A DNA stretch of 63,856 nucleotides, counting the filler, from Lenisia limosa (taxonomy: Eukaryota; Protista; Breviatea): NCBI GenBank assembly GCA_001655205.1. It is 17 parts of 17 records of this genome, joined end to end, with 100 filler letters (N's around TTAATTAATTAA, not from the genome) between each part and the next. Parts side by side here need not be neighbours in the genome. Positions count along the whole stretch, not along the records: positions 11,834 to 13,436 come from LPNZ01000251.1; positions 13,537 to 14,566 come from LPNZ01004164.1; positions 14,667 to 32,691 come from LPNZ01002998.1; 14 more parts are not named here. One strand, 5' to 3'. Positions 12,375-25,421 of the stretch are shown here, piece by piece. The position numbers and the translations under genes were made by a program. Position 1 is the first letter of the stretch; every line of letters starts with the position of its first letter. The notes under the pieces are model-generated. The model was not told the origin of the DNA. It worked only from the letters and a program-made list of their open reading frames with translations, and made no database searches.

Positions 12375-13375
12375 GACCTTCAATTCGTTGTTTTGGGCTT
12401 CGAGGTCATCAGCTCTCTTCACAGCTTCGAAGAGTTCTGATTCCAAGCGTGATACCCTTCAAAGGTTACCAGGACTGGTAAGATTCACTGTATAAAATTT
12501 TCAAATTTGTTGTATTCATTAAAAGTATTAGTGTGAAAACACAAAAGCCAACTCTTCTTTTGCATCGTCTCTTTCTTTCGCTAAAAGTACAATTTTGTCT
12601 TTGGCCACACCCATTCCTTCATTAGCAACTGCATGAAGCTCTCTTTAATCGTTATAAAAGGGAAGTAAGAGTTTTAATTGTACAAATGATCTATCAGAGT
12701 GGGATACAAGAATAGCATGTATCATGCTATTTATTAAAACGCTATTGGCATTGTTAGATCTGACTGCTACACCTTTCCCCACCTAGATTCCTCCAATTGA
12801 GCCTCTAGTGAAACAACTCGCGCCAGCGCTTCTGCTGCGTCACTATCTGACCCGGCTTTTTGGGCTACCACAAGACGTTCTCCAACCTTAGTAGGGGTGG
12901 TTTAAAACAGGAGAATTTATGAAATAAAACCCCAAGTCAACTGTGTGATTTGCTTATTTGATGCTTTCGAAAACAAACGCGAGGGATAATAATGTCATAC
13001 CTGTCTTGCATGGATCTCAGCCGCTTCAAGCTTTTCTGCCACATCTTCCGCCCTTTCCCACGCAGCAGACGCTTCACCATCAGCTCTCGATGCGTGTTCC
13101 AAAAGGGAATCCACGGAGGCTGTCAGGTCCTTGGTTATCTGGGCTATATTAGAGGTAGTAGTTCATGGAGCATGAAGTTGAAGAATATCATCATATTACA
13201 TGTATATTTTAGATTTCTTGAGCATCAAAAGCGTCTCACAACAAATATAATTGATATGCGCGTAAGATCGGAATTGAAAGAGAGGAATATGCTTCACAAA
13301 CCTTTTGGGGACGAATTGTGGTTTTAGCAAGAGTGGCATAGTCTTGCTGAAGACCCGTGACATCAATGACCTGGA
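12375..13375 (-). CDS. Coiled-coil protein fragment
   Basis: Exons ITKDLTASVDSLLEHASRADGEASAAWERAEDVAEKLEAAEIHARQ, VGERLVVAQKAGSDSDAAEALARVVSLEAQLEESR, VSRLESELFEAVKRADDLEAQNNELK. Confidence 0.6.
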
Positions 13376-14666
13376 TAAGTTAAGGTACTAGAATAACGTT
13401 ATGATGGATATTTAGGATATTTAGCAATGAGAAATANNNNNNNNNNNNNNNNNNNNNNNNNNNNNNNNNNNNNNNNNNNNTTAATTAATTAANNNNNNNN
13501 NNNNNNNNNNNNNNNNNNNNNNNNNNNNNNNNNNNNCCCCCCCAACCTCTTGTTTACAAAGTTTTCTCCGTTGAGATTCTCTAGTTTTTGTCTAGTTTTT
13601 GTCTAGTTTTTGTCTAGTTTTTGTCTAGTTCCCTCCTTGTTTTTCTCTAGGTTTTCTTTTGTTTTTATCTAGCTCCCCCAATTTTGACGCGTTCCAGCAC
13701 CCCCATGACCACAGACGAGTGCAGTATCGATTCCACCCTCCTCAAGTTGGTACAATGATTCTAAACTTTTGGGTGACCGGAATAAATCTTCAATGGATAA
13801 TCATAGTAAATCGGTTAAGTCTTATCCCAGTCACTGTATATATTAGAAAAATATTAATCGCCAGATTATATTTAATATGATATCATAAAACAGTCTTTTT
13901 TGCTTCACTTCGTCCGAGCAGCTCGGATATGATATCGATATTTTTCAAGGATTATTGACTTATTCACTCATTCTTTGAACCCCTTTGCATCATTCTAAAA
14001 ATCTGAATTTATTGCATCATTCTAAAAATCTGACTTTGTAGATCTCAGATCACAGCCCTGAGTAATATCGCCGGTAGGGGGAGGAGTAGTAATTATTTAG
14101 TTTATGGGGCATGGTGCGGATTAACAAGACACTGAGTTCTTACAACTGCAGTCTTTTCTCAACTATCGATATTTCACGGAATTTTCTGATTCGGAGAGGC
14201 ACTACTTACTCTGAATCATAATTCTCTAATTAATTCTTGAAGTAATTAATTGCCAAATTTTTCTGTTTTGCATGTCCAACTTCAAATTTTGAAATTTATT
14301 TCTCAATTCACGGAGACCACTCATAATAAAAGTAACATCCCTAAAAAAAGAATGAATGTACTCAAAAGCAATCATAAGGGCTATATTTTATGGTGTCAAA
14401 TGATATCCCTCTGTATTTTTTAATTTCCCAGGAGTTCCAATGCATTTTATATCTCTTGTTTCAAACAAGCACTTTTTCATACAGTCAAATCCAAAAGTCC
14501 AAAAATAACACCACAGGAGCTGGAACCCATGAAGTGGTCCAAACGGGCTCGAACAAGAAGCAACTTNNNNNNNNNNNNNNNNNNNNNNNNNNNNNNNNNN
14601 NNNNNNNNNNTTAATTAATTAANNNNNNNNNNNNNNNNNNNNNNNNNNNNNNNNNNNNNNNNNNNN

Positions 14667-15060
14667 CAAGCTCTTCGAAACCTGCCTTGAGCTCAGTCCC
14701 GCCTTCAAGCAGCTCCTTTCAAGACCGACTGAGCTCCAAATTGCACCTGGAGAAATCTACGACACCAAGCGCAAGGTTGGCTGAAGGACATTCCTCGGGC
14801 TCCCAACGTCTAGGAAAAACTGAATCCTCCATTAATGTCATTGTCATGAACACTGTATGACACCTTTTGATCTTTTAGACTTCGGAAGTTGTGATTCCTC
14901 GTGTTATTCCGGATGTGGAGTCTATGGGAAAGGTCTGCCAATATGCATAGCAATTGAGAGGCACATAATCGTATCCCTACCATATTGATTGACTGTGCAG
15001 ATGGTCTTCGATATGACCAACCAAGCCGCGGCCGCCGCCTCCGAGGTCACCGCCGAGTAG
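14667..15060 (+). CDS. 3' end of unknown protein
   Basis: Three exons in phase: KLFETCLELSPAFKQLLSRPTELQIAPGEIYDTKRK / TSEVVIPRVIPDVESMGK / MVFDMTNQAAAAASEVTAE* (TAG 15058-15060); convergent with Spc24. Confidence 0.55.
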
Positions 15061-15193
15061 TTCAGTTCAATGGTGTAATGTACAGTATTTCTTTTGTTAT
15101 CTATCAGTCTCCCTGGGCGATGGTAATGGCAATATGATTTACATAAGAATCTGTTCACTCAACACTATTATACACTACAAACACAAAGCGAGT

Positions 15194-16753
15194 TTAGCCC
15201 ATTGCACTCCACAATGAGTTTACGATTTCAAAGTGGGAGGCGGAGGAGGGGTCTAGGTCGAACGCTTGTAGATTGGCCGTAGCAGGATCCGCAATAACTA
15301 AGTGGTCAAACGGCAATGTTATTTGCTGAGAAAGGACTACCAAATGGTCTGTGTTTTGTCATATCAAGTTTTCATTAAACCCAATATGATACACTCTATG
15401 ATATGTACTATATCCTGATAATGTACTGCAGTTGAATAAAATAGTACCTGGAACGAAAGCTGTCTGATATAGGGCCGAAGTCAAATAAACATAAACAGGA
15501 GAGTTTATGATAAAAACAAAACAATTTTCAAGCTATTTGATAATCAAGAAGAAGGGCCCACGCCTCAACCATCTACTGAGCAATCATACCAACACCCCTC
15601 TCACATCCCTTCACGGAGGGAGCAGCGGTGTCCCATTTGATGTTGGTGATGTTGGTGTAGAGCCCGAGAGAGTACCTGAAAAAGTCAGAGAGGCATTTGT
15701 TAAAAGTCGAAAAGACTGCAAATTGTTTAGATGCGGTTAGGTGCCACAAACTTCAATCGAGGGAGCTGAGACGACTGTTTGGGGCCAAGTGCAATCTATG
15801 ACATGAGAAGAAATCGCTGAGCTCAGGTTATCATATTGTTCACATATTTACACCAGATAATGAATGATTATTCCTCATGAGAAAATAGGAGGTTATGTTC
15901 GATTGCCTCGATCCGACTGTGCAAACCCTTCTCCATTCTCACTATCAGTCAGTAAAAATATATTAACAGCTATTGAAAGCCCTACCTGGTGTGCCAGGCT
16001 TTGAGCTTCCTGTTCTCCAACCAAAAGTCGACTCCTAGCATCACTGATGGGGTAATTGTCAATATTAAGAGACCAATACTGAATGAGCTGTCGTACTCCA
16101 TTTCATACTATACTCTATAATTTACAAAGCACCAAGGAAACATGTAGGGACTATGGTCATAGATACTTCTTGAAAAATGAGAAGAGATGTGTTGACTGAT
16201 TATCTGACACTATTGAAGAACATTAGGAAAAAATAAGTGACGAAGTGCTTGTGTATAGAAAGCGCCACACACCTGCAGGCACTTTGGATGGCAATCGCTT
16301 CTTTCTGGACCTCACTCTCTTGGCTCCTGGTGGCCTGGGTTCGGTAAAGACTACAAAGGAGGAAAAGCATACGAAAACAGTTGAGAAAGGCTGGGTCCGA
16401 ATTGGATGACATATGGCATTCCCTTCTATCTCCATTGCAGCATACATCAACTTCACCCTCCCTGTCGGACTGAGCCACCACAACGGTCCGCTCCTGTTCA
16501 ACTGCCTGCAGTGACGTCGTCCATTCTGCGCAATAAGGAAGTCCATCAAGGAAACAGTTACTTTTAAAGTTATGTTCTCCTACCAACCTCTGATGATGTC
16601 TTTGCATGCACATTCATGCTCTGAAGTGATCTGGCCAAGCTTTCGATGGCCATTCTTAATCGCTTCAATGTCTCGAAGCTCCGAACTGCGGTCTGCAAAG
16701 ATCTTCTTCGTCTCTTCCAAGAGATGAGTTATCTCAACCTGGTCCGAGGACAT
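15194..16753 (-). CDS. SPC24: Kinetochore Ndc80-complex subunit Spc24-like
   Basis: N-terminal coiled coil (MSSDQVEITHLLEETKKIF...) then YSLGLYTNITNIKWDTAAPSVKG / FIADP...FDLDPSSASHFEIVNSLWSAMG*, matching the Spc24 RWD C-terminus. Confidence 0.75.
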
Positions 16754-17138
16754 TGCCGTGTATTAATGTGAGAAAGTGAATTTATCAGAAGAATAGGTTA
16801 GATTGTGAGAGAGTTGTTTCTTTAAGACTCTGCGTATCTGTGCATGTGTGAATGAATGTGTCAATCAGGTGTGACTGTTATGTTGTGTTGTTTGCGCTGA
16901 AATTTGCTGCGTTTGACTGACTGGGATTGGAAGGAGTGGTGAAAAGGGAGGAGAAAGATTGCAGTTTGGGAGTGGAGAGAAAGGAGAATGTAGAAGACAC
17001 GGGAAAAAGTGAGCGTATGAGCGTATACGCGCAGTATTTAGGAAAAATGTTTTGACCGAAATGTCTTTTTGTGGCTTGAAATAGAGTATAATTTTATTGA
17101 CTTAATCTCTGGTCACTTAACTTTTACTTTTTGAAAAG

Positions 17139-19551
17139 ATGAAGTTCTTACTTTTTGCACTTCTTCTCCTTCACTTGTCGTTTGCAAGTGATTTGATCCT
17201 TCCTGAGCATGTTGCGTCTGTTATCCCCGGACAGAAAGTGGAGTTTTCTCCCGATTGCTTCCAGCACACTACTGCTATTCTCGAATTGAAGGGAGACGGT
17301 GGTATTTTGACTATTGAGGCCAGCAAGCCTGCAAGTGTGATGTGCAGTGACTTCTATTTGATGACCACTGGCAAGCAGTGGAGCACTTTCTTCATCTTCC
17401 GCAATGGAACCCACCATGGTTAGCTCTCTTGCTATTTTTAACATCAATGTAGACAAATTCAGCAGCTGGAAACCTGGACAACTTGAGAACATCGAACAGG
17501 TAGATTTGTTTTTTTCTGTCTGGTTGGAGACTGACTTTCCAGTATGGCCTTCAACTCTTCCGCATTTCATCACACATTCTTCGTAAGCATTCAAATCATA
17601 TACGAAGACATCGGGTATTATATTTTGAGTTTGACAGTTGTCTTTTGATGACGATATTATATCTGTATTTATCCGTTTTTTTTGGTGCCAGGGTTCTTTG
17701 TCATTGGCCCTTTGTTTTTGATACGGTTACCTACAACTACTGAAACCAGGAAGCTTTTATCCCCCCCCCCCCCNNNNNNNNNNNNNNNNNNNNNNNNNNN
17801 NNNNNNNNNNNNNNNNNCAGCTTTCTTCAAGCAACTGTGGGAGGCTTACGAGATCTTCGCTCGTGACGACCCCGAGCACATCCGCAAGACTCTTGAGGTA
17901 TGTACAAGCGTCCATATCGTATGGTTCATCGTAAGGCATCTTTTGTAGTCTCAATATTTGACGCTTGTCTGGACCGTCGGTAACGGACCCACAACCCGAC
18001 GTTCTTGCAAACATGTGGTAGAACACCAAACGACTTACTTGCGTAGTCAGGAGCCAACTTCAAGTTCGACAAGCGTGAAACCAAGGTCATTTTCCCGGCC
18101 GAGGATACCATCAAGTCCGGTGACGGCCTTGTGGGGGGGGGGGTCAGCTCATATAAACTTGTCTTCTCGGCTTTTCTGACACTTTAGATGATTACGAAAT
18201 TCAACAAGGATGAGATGTCCATTTCTCTTCTTTCAGGCTCTCGTGCTGGCCACTCTGCTGTAAGCTGGTTCGGATAAAGATCATACACCCTGCCTGGTGT
18301 AATGTTCAAGGTGTTCCTCCGCGACCCCGATACCAATGAGGCTTACCTTGTCGAAGCCGTCCCCAAGTACGGTCTCCATAAGGTATGGTGGTAAAGGGTT
18401 TTCTTTGGCTCAAAGGGAGGAAAATAATAAGCTTATGACTTAGGTTCCCGTCAACAAGTGGCTCTCCATGATGGCTGACGGTACTGACTGCACCCCTGAA
18501 ACTTGCATGGCCGTCCATCTTCCTCTCGCTAAGTTGGCCTGGTCATTTATATTTTTATTATTCTTTTCCAACACGCCAAACATATAATGACCATTTAGTG
18601 ACCTTGTGAAGCACTTTGACGAGCGTAAGGCCTGGGACTACTTCAAGACTGTTGAGGGACGTCCCTACATGTACAACGCCAACCTCTTCGCCAACTACGA
18701 TGACCCCACTGAGGACGCCCTTCCTAAGCCCTACGCTTCTCCTGAGCTCCTCCAGTTCTTCGGGTATGCGATGTGTAATATGCCTCATTGATGGTGCCCC
18801 TTTGTGTCCATCCTCACCCTGCAGATTCATCATCGACTTCACCTACCCCGAGATCTCTCACCTTTACTTCCTGGACGGAATGGAAAAGAGAGTATGTGGG
18901 GCTCTCTTCAGGCTATGGGAGTAATCCAGACCTAACAGCGCAGCTTGGTGTGCCCATCAAGGACTGGCAGACCGGCATGGACATTTGCCGCCAACGTAAC
19001 ATGACCATGGCCGAGGTCTGGTCTATTCCTGAGCAGGACGACTGGCGCTACGGTGACGATGACATGCCTTGCATCCAGTGCACTTCCCTTGTTCTTCGTA
19101 TCTACAAGGTATGCTTTGTTGAACAGTCTTATTGCTGCTTTGTCTTTCTTGTTAGCGGTTTTGACACGACAGGCTGCCGGCCTCATGGACCACGTTTTGG
19201 ATTGCGGCTCCGAGGGCTGTGCTGAGCACCTCATCAATGCTGGTGAATTCCACCCCCGTGATCTCTACGAAATGAAAATCTGGGAACCATCAACTGCCGA
19301 GACTCGCCCCAAGGAGTGCCAGGTTTGTCCCATGCTTTTTGGACGGACCCTTCTGACGATGTAGGTTGACGACGACTTGAACCTCTGCCAGTTCCTTGGA
19401 CAATGGGTCATGCGTCTCCCCTCTTACAACACCATTGATCCCTATGCCCACATGAACGAGCATTGCAAGGTTTGTTGAAAAAACCAAAACTCGCCCCCTC
19501 ACCTCTCAGGTTATCTTCCCTGACTTTGCCCGTTCTCCTCTTGACTGTTAG
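17139..19551 (+). CDS. Secreted permuted NlpC/P60 (YiiX/YebB-like) papain-fold hydrolase
   Basis: Signal peptide MKFLLFALLLLHLSFA; IKSGD...GHSAVFL (His) precedes AWDYFKTVEGRPY and CIQCTSLVLRIYK (Cys), the His-before-Cys order of permuted NlpC/P60; TAG at 19549-19551; many short introns. Confidence 0.65.
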
Positions 19552-19706
19552 AGGTTAGGTCCTCTTACAATAGAGTTTTTCTCCATTCTGTGAATGCACT
19601 ATTTTATTTCTTTCAAGGTAAGCTTTTCAAATATTAATTAGTAGTATCCGAGATACACTCTCAGTAAGATCAGGAAAAAGAATACATTGGGAGTGAGAGG
19701 GGGAAG

Positions 19707-22034
19707 TTACTTCTTGAGACCGACGGTGTTGGCCTTGATGTGGAGAATGTCTCCATCTTGCACAACATAGTTCTTGCCTACGTCGTAAAAATTCCTCTAG
19801 AATAAACAAAAAACAAAACCATCATCGCATATTGCGATAATAGCCCACCTTCAAGACGCAGGCGACCAGCTGCCTTGACAGCAGCCTCGGTCTCCAAGGT
19901 TTTCCGGTCTATGGGGTCAGAAAGAACGGGCTAATGAAGCAGGAATTGTATAACGCCAACCTTCGTAAGACATAGTCTCAGCTGAGACGAAGCCCTTCTC
20001 AAAGTCGGTATGAATGGTGCCAGCAGCCTATCAATGTGAGCCGAATGAATTATTAATAGAATCAAAACAAATACAAAAAGAAAGCGCACCTGAGGAGCAA
20101 GACAATTCTTCCTCACGGTCCATGAACGGACTTCGTCCTTTCCAACAGTGAAGAAGTGGATAAGGTTGAGCATTGAGTAGGTGTGCTGCACAATCTGAAA
20201 AAAGGTGAGTTCAAAATCGGCATCAGCAGGTCTTACTTTGTCAAGCATAGAGGGGACACCAGCCTCCTTGAAGTAGGCGTCACGGTCGCCGGAGTCAACA
20301 GCCTGGCTTTGTCAAGGATGGAACAGCGATTCAGAACGGAAACAAAGAAAACGATCGAAACTATGCCCTTTGAGCCAACCTCAGACTCCATGCAGACGGA
20401 CAGGGGAATGAGCTTTTCACCAGGGCAGTTGGTGTCAATCCTTAAGGGATGAAATCGTTGGATAACAATGACTGGTTCTGAACAGAAAGCAACAGAACCG
20501 TGAACAACAAACCATATCAGCCAAGTGCAATAGAGACCCATCCCACCATTCCTTGATCTTGGCAAGCCACTTGTTCTTCTGGCGGGAGAAATCCTTCTTG
20601 GTGAGGTTGACACAGTAGACAACGGGCTTCGCAGTGAGGAGCTCTGAACAATAAGGGAAAAGCGGAAGAGCACTCATTGTTGCTTTCAGGTTCAAAATAT
20701 GACCACCAAGGGGAAGCCACAAACGAAGAGGGTTAATCAGCTGAACCTCCTTGGGTTGCCAGTCAGCAAAACGGATATCACGGTTATCGTCCTTCATGCA
20801 CTTGAGAAGCTTCTCGTAGGTCTCGATCTCGAAACGCATGGCTTTCTCGGCAACCTTGTCACGGCTCTTCTTGATAGCGTGGTTGGTATGTTCCAGGAGC
20901 TGGATGGGCGTGAGGCAATGGAAGGACTGTTTTACTCATGCAACTCAAAGGGATTGGGTATTTAAAAATAGAAAAACAAAGAAAACCACATATTTATAAT
21001 CACAGCAAACCTGCCACCAACCTTTTCAACAGCTTCGATATCCTTCAGACGGAGTTCGGATGAAATGATCTCCAAATCACGAACGGGGTCGACATCTCCC
21101 TTGGAAAGTGAAACGAGAAAACGGGGACAATATATCAGCCCTCAAGGCTTAGTGTCATAAAAAAAAGAAGAAGAGTTGGGAAATCTAAACATAAAGTGGT
21201 TATCAAACAAACCTCAACATGGACAACGTCCTCATCCTTGAAGGCACGCACCATATGGATGATACCGTCAGTGGCACTGAATTGTAAAAAAACGAGAAAA
21301 GAATAACATGGGGACATGGTGATTCCCTGTAAAGACACAAAGCCCTACCGAATATCAGCAAGGAAATTATTTCCCAGGCCAGATCCGGCATGAGCACCCT
21401 TGACGAGTCCGGCAATATCCACAACCTTGAGGTAGGCCGGGATATGCTTGGCGGGTTTGTACTCAGCATTAAGCCATTCGGAGCGGGGGTCAGCAAGAGC
21501 AACACTGTGGAGGGGGTCGTTATAAAGACTAATATATCCACAGTCTTCAACGGGAAGAAGGCTCAAATATTAACATACCGGGCAACAGAAGGATCGATGG
21601 TGCAGAACTACAGCGGCGTCAATCATGTCAACAAAACAATCAATATTTGCAACAACTGGCATCAATCCAACATACAGGGAAGTTTTCGGCAGGAACAGTC
21701 ATACCGCAAAGAACTGGAAGGTGAGATATGAATTGATCAGCTATCTGAAAGGAGAAAAGGAGTTCAGTCCTACCATTGAAGAATGATGATTTTCCAACAT
21801 TGGGAAGTCCTAAATCGAATAAGAAATCTGAAGAGACGGCAAGAGCAGCAACATTATGACATTTACTCAACCATTCGTCAATGTGGAGTCAAGCCCTCAA
21901 ACCAACAATACCAGCCTAAACTTGTGAGATTGATCCTCGAAAAGAACGTGTCAGCAAAAGCATACCTGAAGATTGTTTCCAGGACGACCAAGGAGAATCT
22001 TCTCAACAACAGCTCCCTTCTTCTTTGAACTCAT
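19707..22034 (-). CDS. OLA1: Obg-like ATPase OLA1/YchF
   Basis: Spliced [91 protein letters not shown]; TAA at 19707-19709. Confidence 0.96.
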
Positions 22035-22397
22035 TCTAAAACTGTCAAGATAATGGTTAAACTACGCTTCAGAAGAAAATTACTATAGTTTTGAGGGAAA
22101 ATATAGCTATATCACTCCCTTCACTAATATCTAACCTTGAATTGATTTTAAAAAAGGCGAGCAGAAATAAACAAAAGAAGACTATCAACTGATCCCGTAC
22201 CGCTTTTCCTTTTTAGCTTTGGTTTTTCTTAGCATTTCAGCACAACGTTCACAATAATATTAGTGTATATGGATACAGTTTCTGAAAATGATAAACCTGT
22301 TGTGATACGATGACTACTTTTTTAGAAATTATTCATATCTGCCATCTCTAAGGAACCCTAACCGATAAACAACAATATATATAACAAACTGAGAACA

Positions 22398-24797
22398 ATG
22401 GCAAGCAAAGAAAGCCTGCCACTTGTGTCCCACGCAACGTCTTCTGTGAAGATTAACTTTCGGATGTACTTCATTGCAGTCATCCATTCGTTGGCCCCCT
22501 TTCTTTGCGGTTCGCTTTTTTTGATCATTTTTTGCTATCATGATTTTGAAATTTACTTTTTAGGATTCCATATGGCCGTTGCTAATGGTGCTCTTGTTGG
22601 TGACACACACAACGATGGTGCCAATGGGGTTGGTTGTGCATAACATTTATGAGATGTTCCGTGGCTGGTTCAAATTCACCTTTTCAGCTCATTGATCATT
22701 TCGACCTTTCAATCGTGCAAGTAAGTAGGGATAACATTGGTTTTTTTTTGTATTTGTGTAATTACTCCGTTTCACCTTCAGCAATCTCTTGTTACCGCAA
22801 TCTACTTGGCTGGATCCACGCTCGGAGCAATCTGTGAGAATGGGTCTCTTTACTACCTTGATTGCCCTTCTTTTATTACCAATGCCCAATTGACCAAACA
22901 GTTGGCGGCCGCATAGCCGACGGCTTAGGCCGCGTCCACGCCGCAAGAGTGGTGTCCATCCCATTCATCATCGGAACGCTCATGTGCGCTTCAGCTACGG
23001 ATATGTATATTCTCTGCGCTGGCCGTCTCATTACCGGAATATGTAAGATGACTGAGCTTACCATTGTCTATATGGCTGATATTTTATTTTTCTTATTCTC
23101 AAGCTGGTGGGATGGGTATGATTGTTGCCCCTTTGGCGCTTTCGGAAGCTTCTCCTGTTAAGGCTCGAGGCCACTTCTCTACCTACCCACAGGTCAGGGT
23201 CTATTCTCACTTGTTTTGGCTAGTCCCTCCATGACTCTAACAATTCAAGCTTCTTCTCACCATAGGAATTCTTCTGGCATATTTGGTGGCATACCTCTTC
23301 AGAGTAGGTAGAGTGCCGGCTTCTATCAATACTTGGCGAAACCTTACTGCTCAGGAAACGAACAATGGGTGGAAGCTGATGTTTCTGTCTTCTTTACCAG
23401 TCTCACTTTTATACCTGTTCCTCTCCGTCTTTCTTGTTGAAAGCCCAGTATGCTTTGAGTTGATTATTTTTCTGTGTTATTGATACTTCTGTGTTTTTGA
23501 CACTGGTCAAGACCACAGAGTATTGTTGTGGAGGAAAGAATTCCTAATAACCATGTTTCAGAGGTGGCTGGTTATGAGAAAATCAGAAGAGGAAGCCCGT
23601 ATAGCCCTTCATAAAATCAGAAGCAGCCAAGACAATACTTCAAAGGAATTTACGTTTGCAAATCTTGGTTTATTGTATAGCTCATTCACCCTAGATCTTT
23701 GATTGACTCTGTTCATCACTCTGCTCCCGCACATCAAGGAAGTCTGTCCTTCCTATCCACCCTCAGTCTGTACCGCAAACAGGCCATTGTTGGAATTGTC
23801 CTCAATGTTATGCAGCAGGCGTCAGGGATCCCAGCGGTGTGTGTCTTGGTTTTGCTTGTCATGATGCTTTTTTATATACTCTAGTTGTGTGTTATCTCAT
23901 ACAAATGCGTATGACAAATTCATAATATCATAACAATAAAAAATAGTGAATAATAGTATGGTAGCATTTTTATTATTTTTAGGTTATCAGTTTCTCATCG
24001 CAGATATTTGATACAGCTGGGTTTGAGGAGCCCTTGTTAGGGTCTGTGGCACTTGGTGTTTGCAATGGTTTGCTTTCCGAAAATTAGCTTACTGATCTTA
24101 CTTTTTAGTGTTATGTACTATTCTTTCTCTGTATCTTATTGACCGAATGGGCCGTAAAAGTCTCCTCATTAGTTCGTGTGTCATTATGGTAAGAACGTGG
24201 CTTTGCTTACTCTTTAGTTTTTCTCTCTTCTTGGACTTGCAGGTAGTTTGTATCTGGGATTGTCCGGAACCGCTGCTATTGCTGGAGTCATGTTCTTTGA
24301 TATTGGTTTTGCTATTGGTAAGCAATCACACGGCTTCTATCTGATACTTATTTTCCTTTTGGCATACTGACGCGCCAGGTCTTGGCCCCATCCCGTGGTT
24401 CCTTGTGACCGAAATGACTCCAATTGAAGGACGTTCTACTATCCAATCAACATCCACGTTCTTTAACTGGGTGTCCAATGCGGCTATCACGTTCAGTTAC
24501 CTTCCATTTATTAGTAAGCACTCCAATTTAAAGAACACTTCAGTGCCTCCCCCCCCCCCTCCTGCTTTGACAGTTTTAGCCATCGCTGGAGGAGGTAGTG
24601 ATGATGACTCCAAAGCAGAAGGCGCGGCTTTTTCATTCTTCATCTTCGCGGCATGCGTCCTCTTCCTCTTGTTGTTTACCATATTTGTGATTCCAGAGAC
24701 CAAGGGCCGTTCTGTGGAGGAGAATATGGCTACCTTGCGGGGCCGTAATTTGAACCCCTCACCAACCCCCCACCAGCCTTCTTTAGCAGTAGTTTAG
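22398..24797 (+). CDS. MFS sugar porter (GLUT-like)
   Basis: GGRIADGLGR, GRLITG, LSEASPVKARG, VESPRWL, QQASG, IDRMGRKSL, GLGPIPWFLVTEM, PETKGRSVEE signature motifs across many exons. Confidence 0.93.
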
Positions 24798-25421
24798 TTC
24801 GTTGTTATTTACCTGTGAGGTCATGGTAAATATTTAATTTGATTCTGTACTTCTTCAGCATACAATTTTGGAGGATGAAGTGCAGAGGGGGGGGGGGGTG
24901 ATCCACACCAGATTTTCCATGTTGGGGTAACCAGATACACATAGTTGGGATAACCAAGTGCTCATCCCCTACTCCTCCTAGAACTAACACTATATGACAA
25001 CTGTACTTTGTCGGTTTTGGTGTACATTGGTTCTAACATATCGTGTATATGATAGGTAGGTAACATGAAAACTCCAGGGAAATAACCGGGCTTAGAAGAC
25101 AATAAGAAGAGGACGGAAACTTAGAAAGCTGGTAGCTGGGATTGACAGGGAAATGACGGTAATAAAACTCACAAAAACTGTTACCCAAAACTTGCCTTAT
25201 ATGGTAAGTTGCTGCGTTCCCCTTATTTACCAGTTTTTAACTTTCTCTTTGTACTGTTACGTTGCCGCAACGTTACTGTTATTGTGTCCTATTTATACTG
25301 TTTCAGAGCTTAAGAAACATACTTGTGAAATATACGAGGTGACACACTTAATCTTCTCTTCAAAAGACACTCTTTTCCACCGTATCTCCTCGTCAAGTAT
25401 GTAGATAAGTAACTTTCGACA

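Noticed and set aside
13365-13436. U12-type signals (CCTTAAC near an acceptor; GTATCC donor at ~2988)
   Set aside because: The branch-like and donor-like motifs are not in the same intron and the donors lack the full RTATCCTT consensus.
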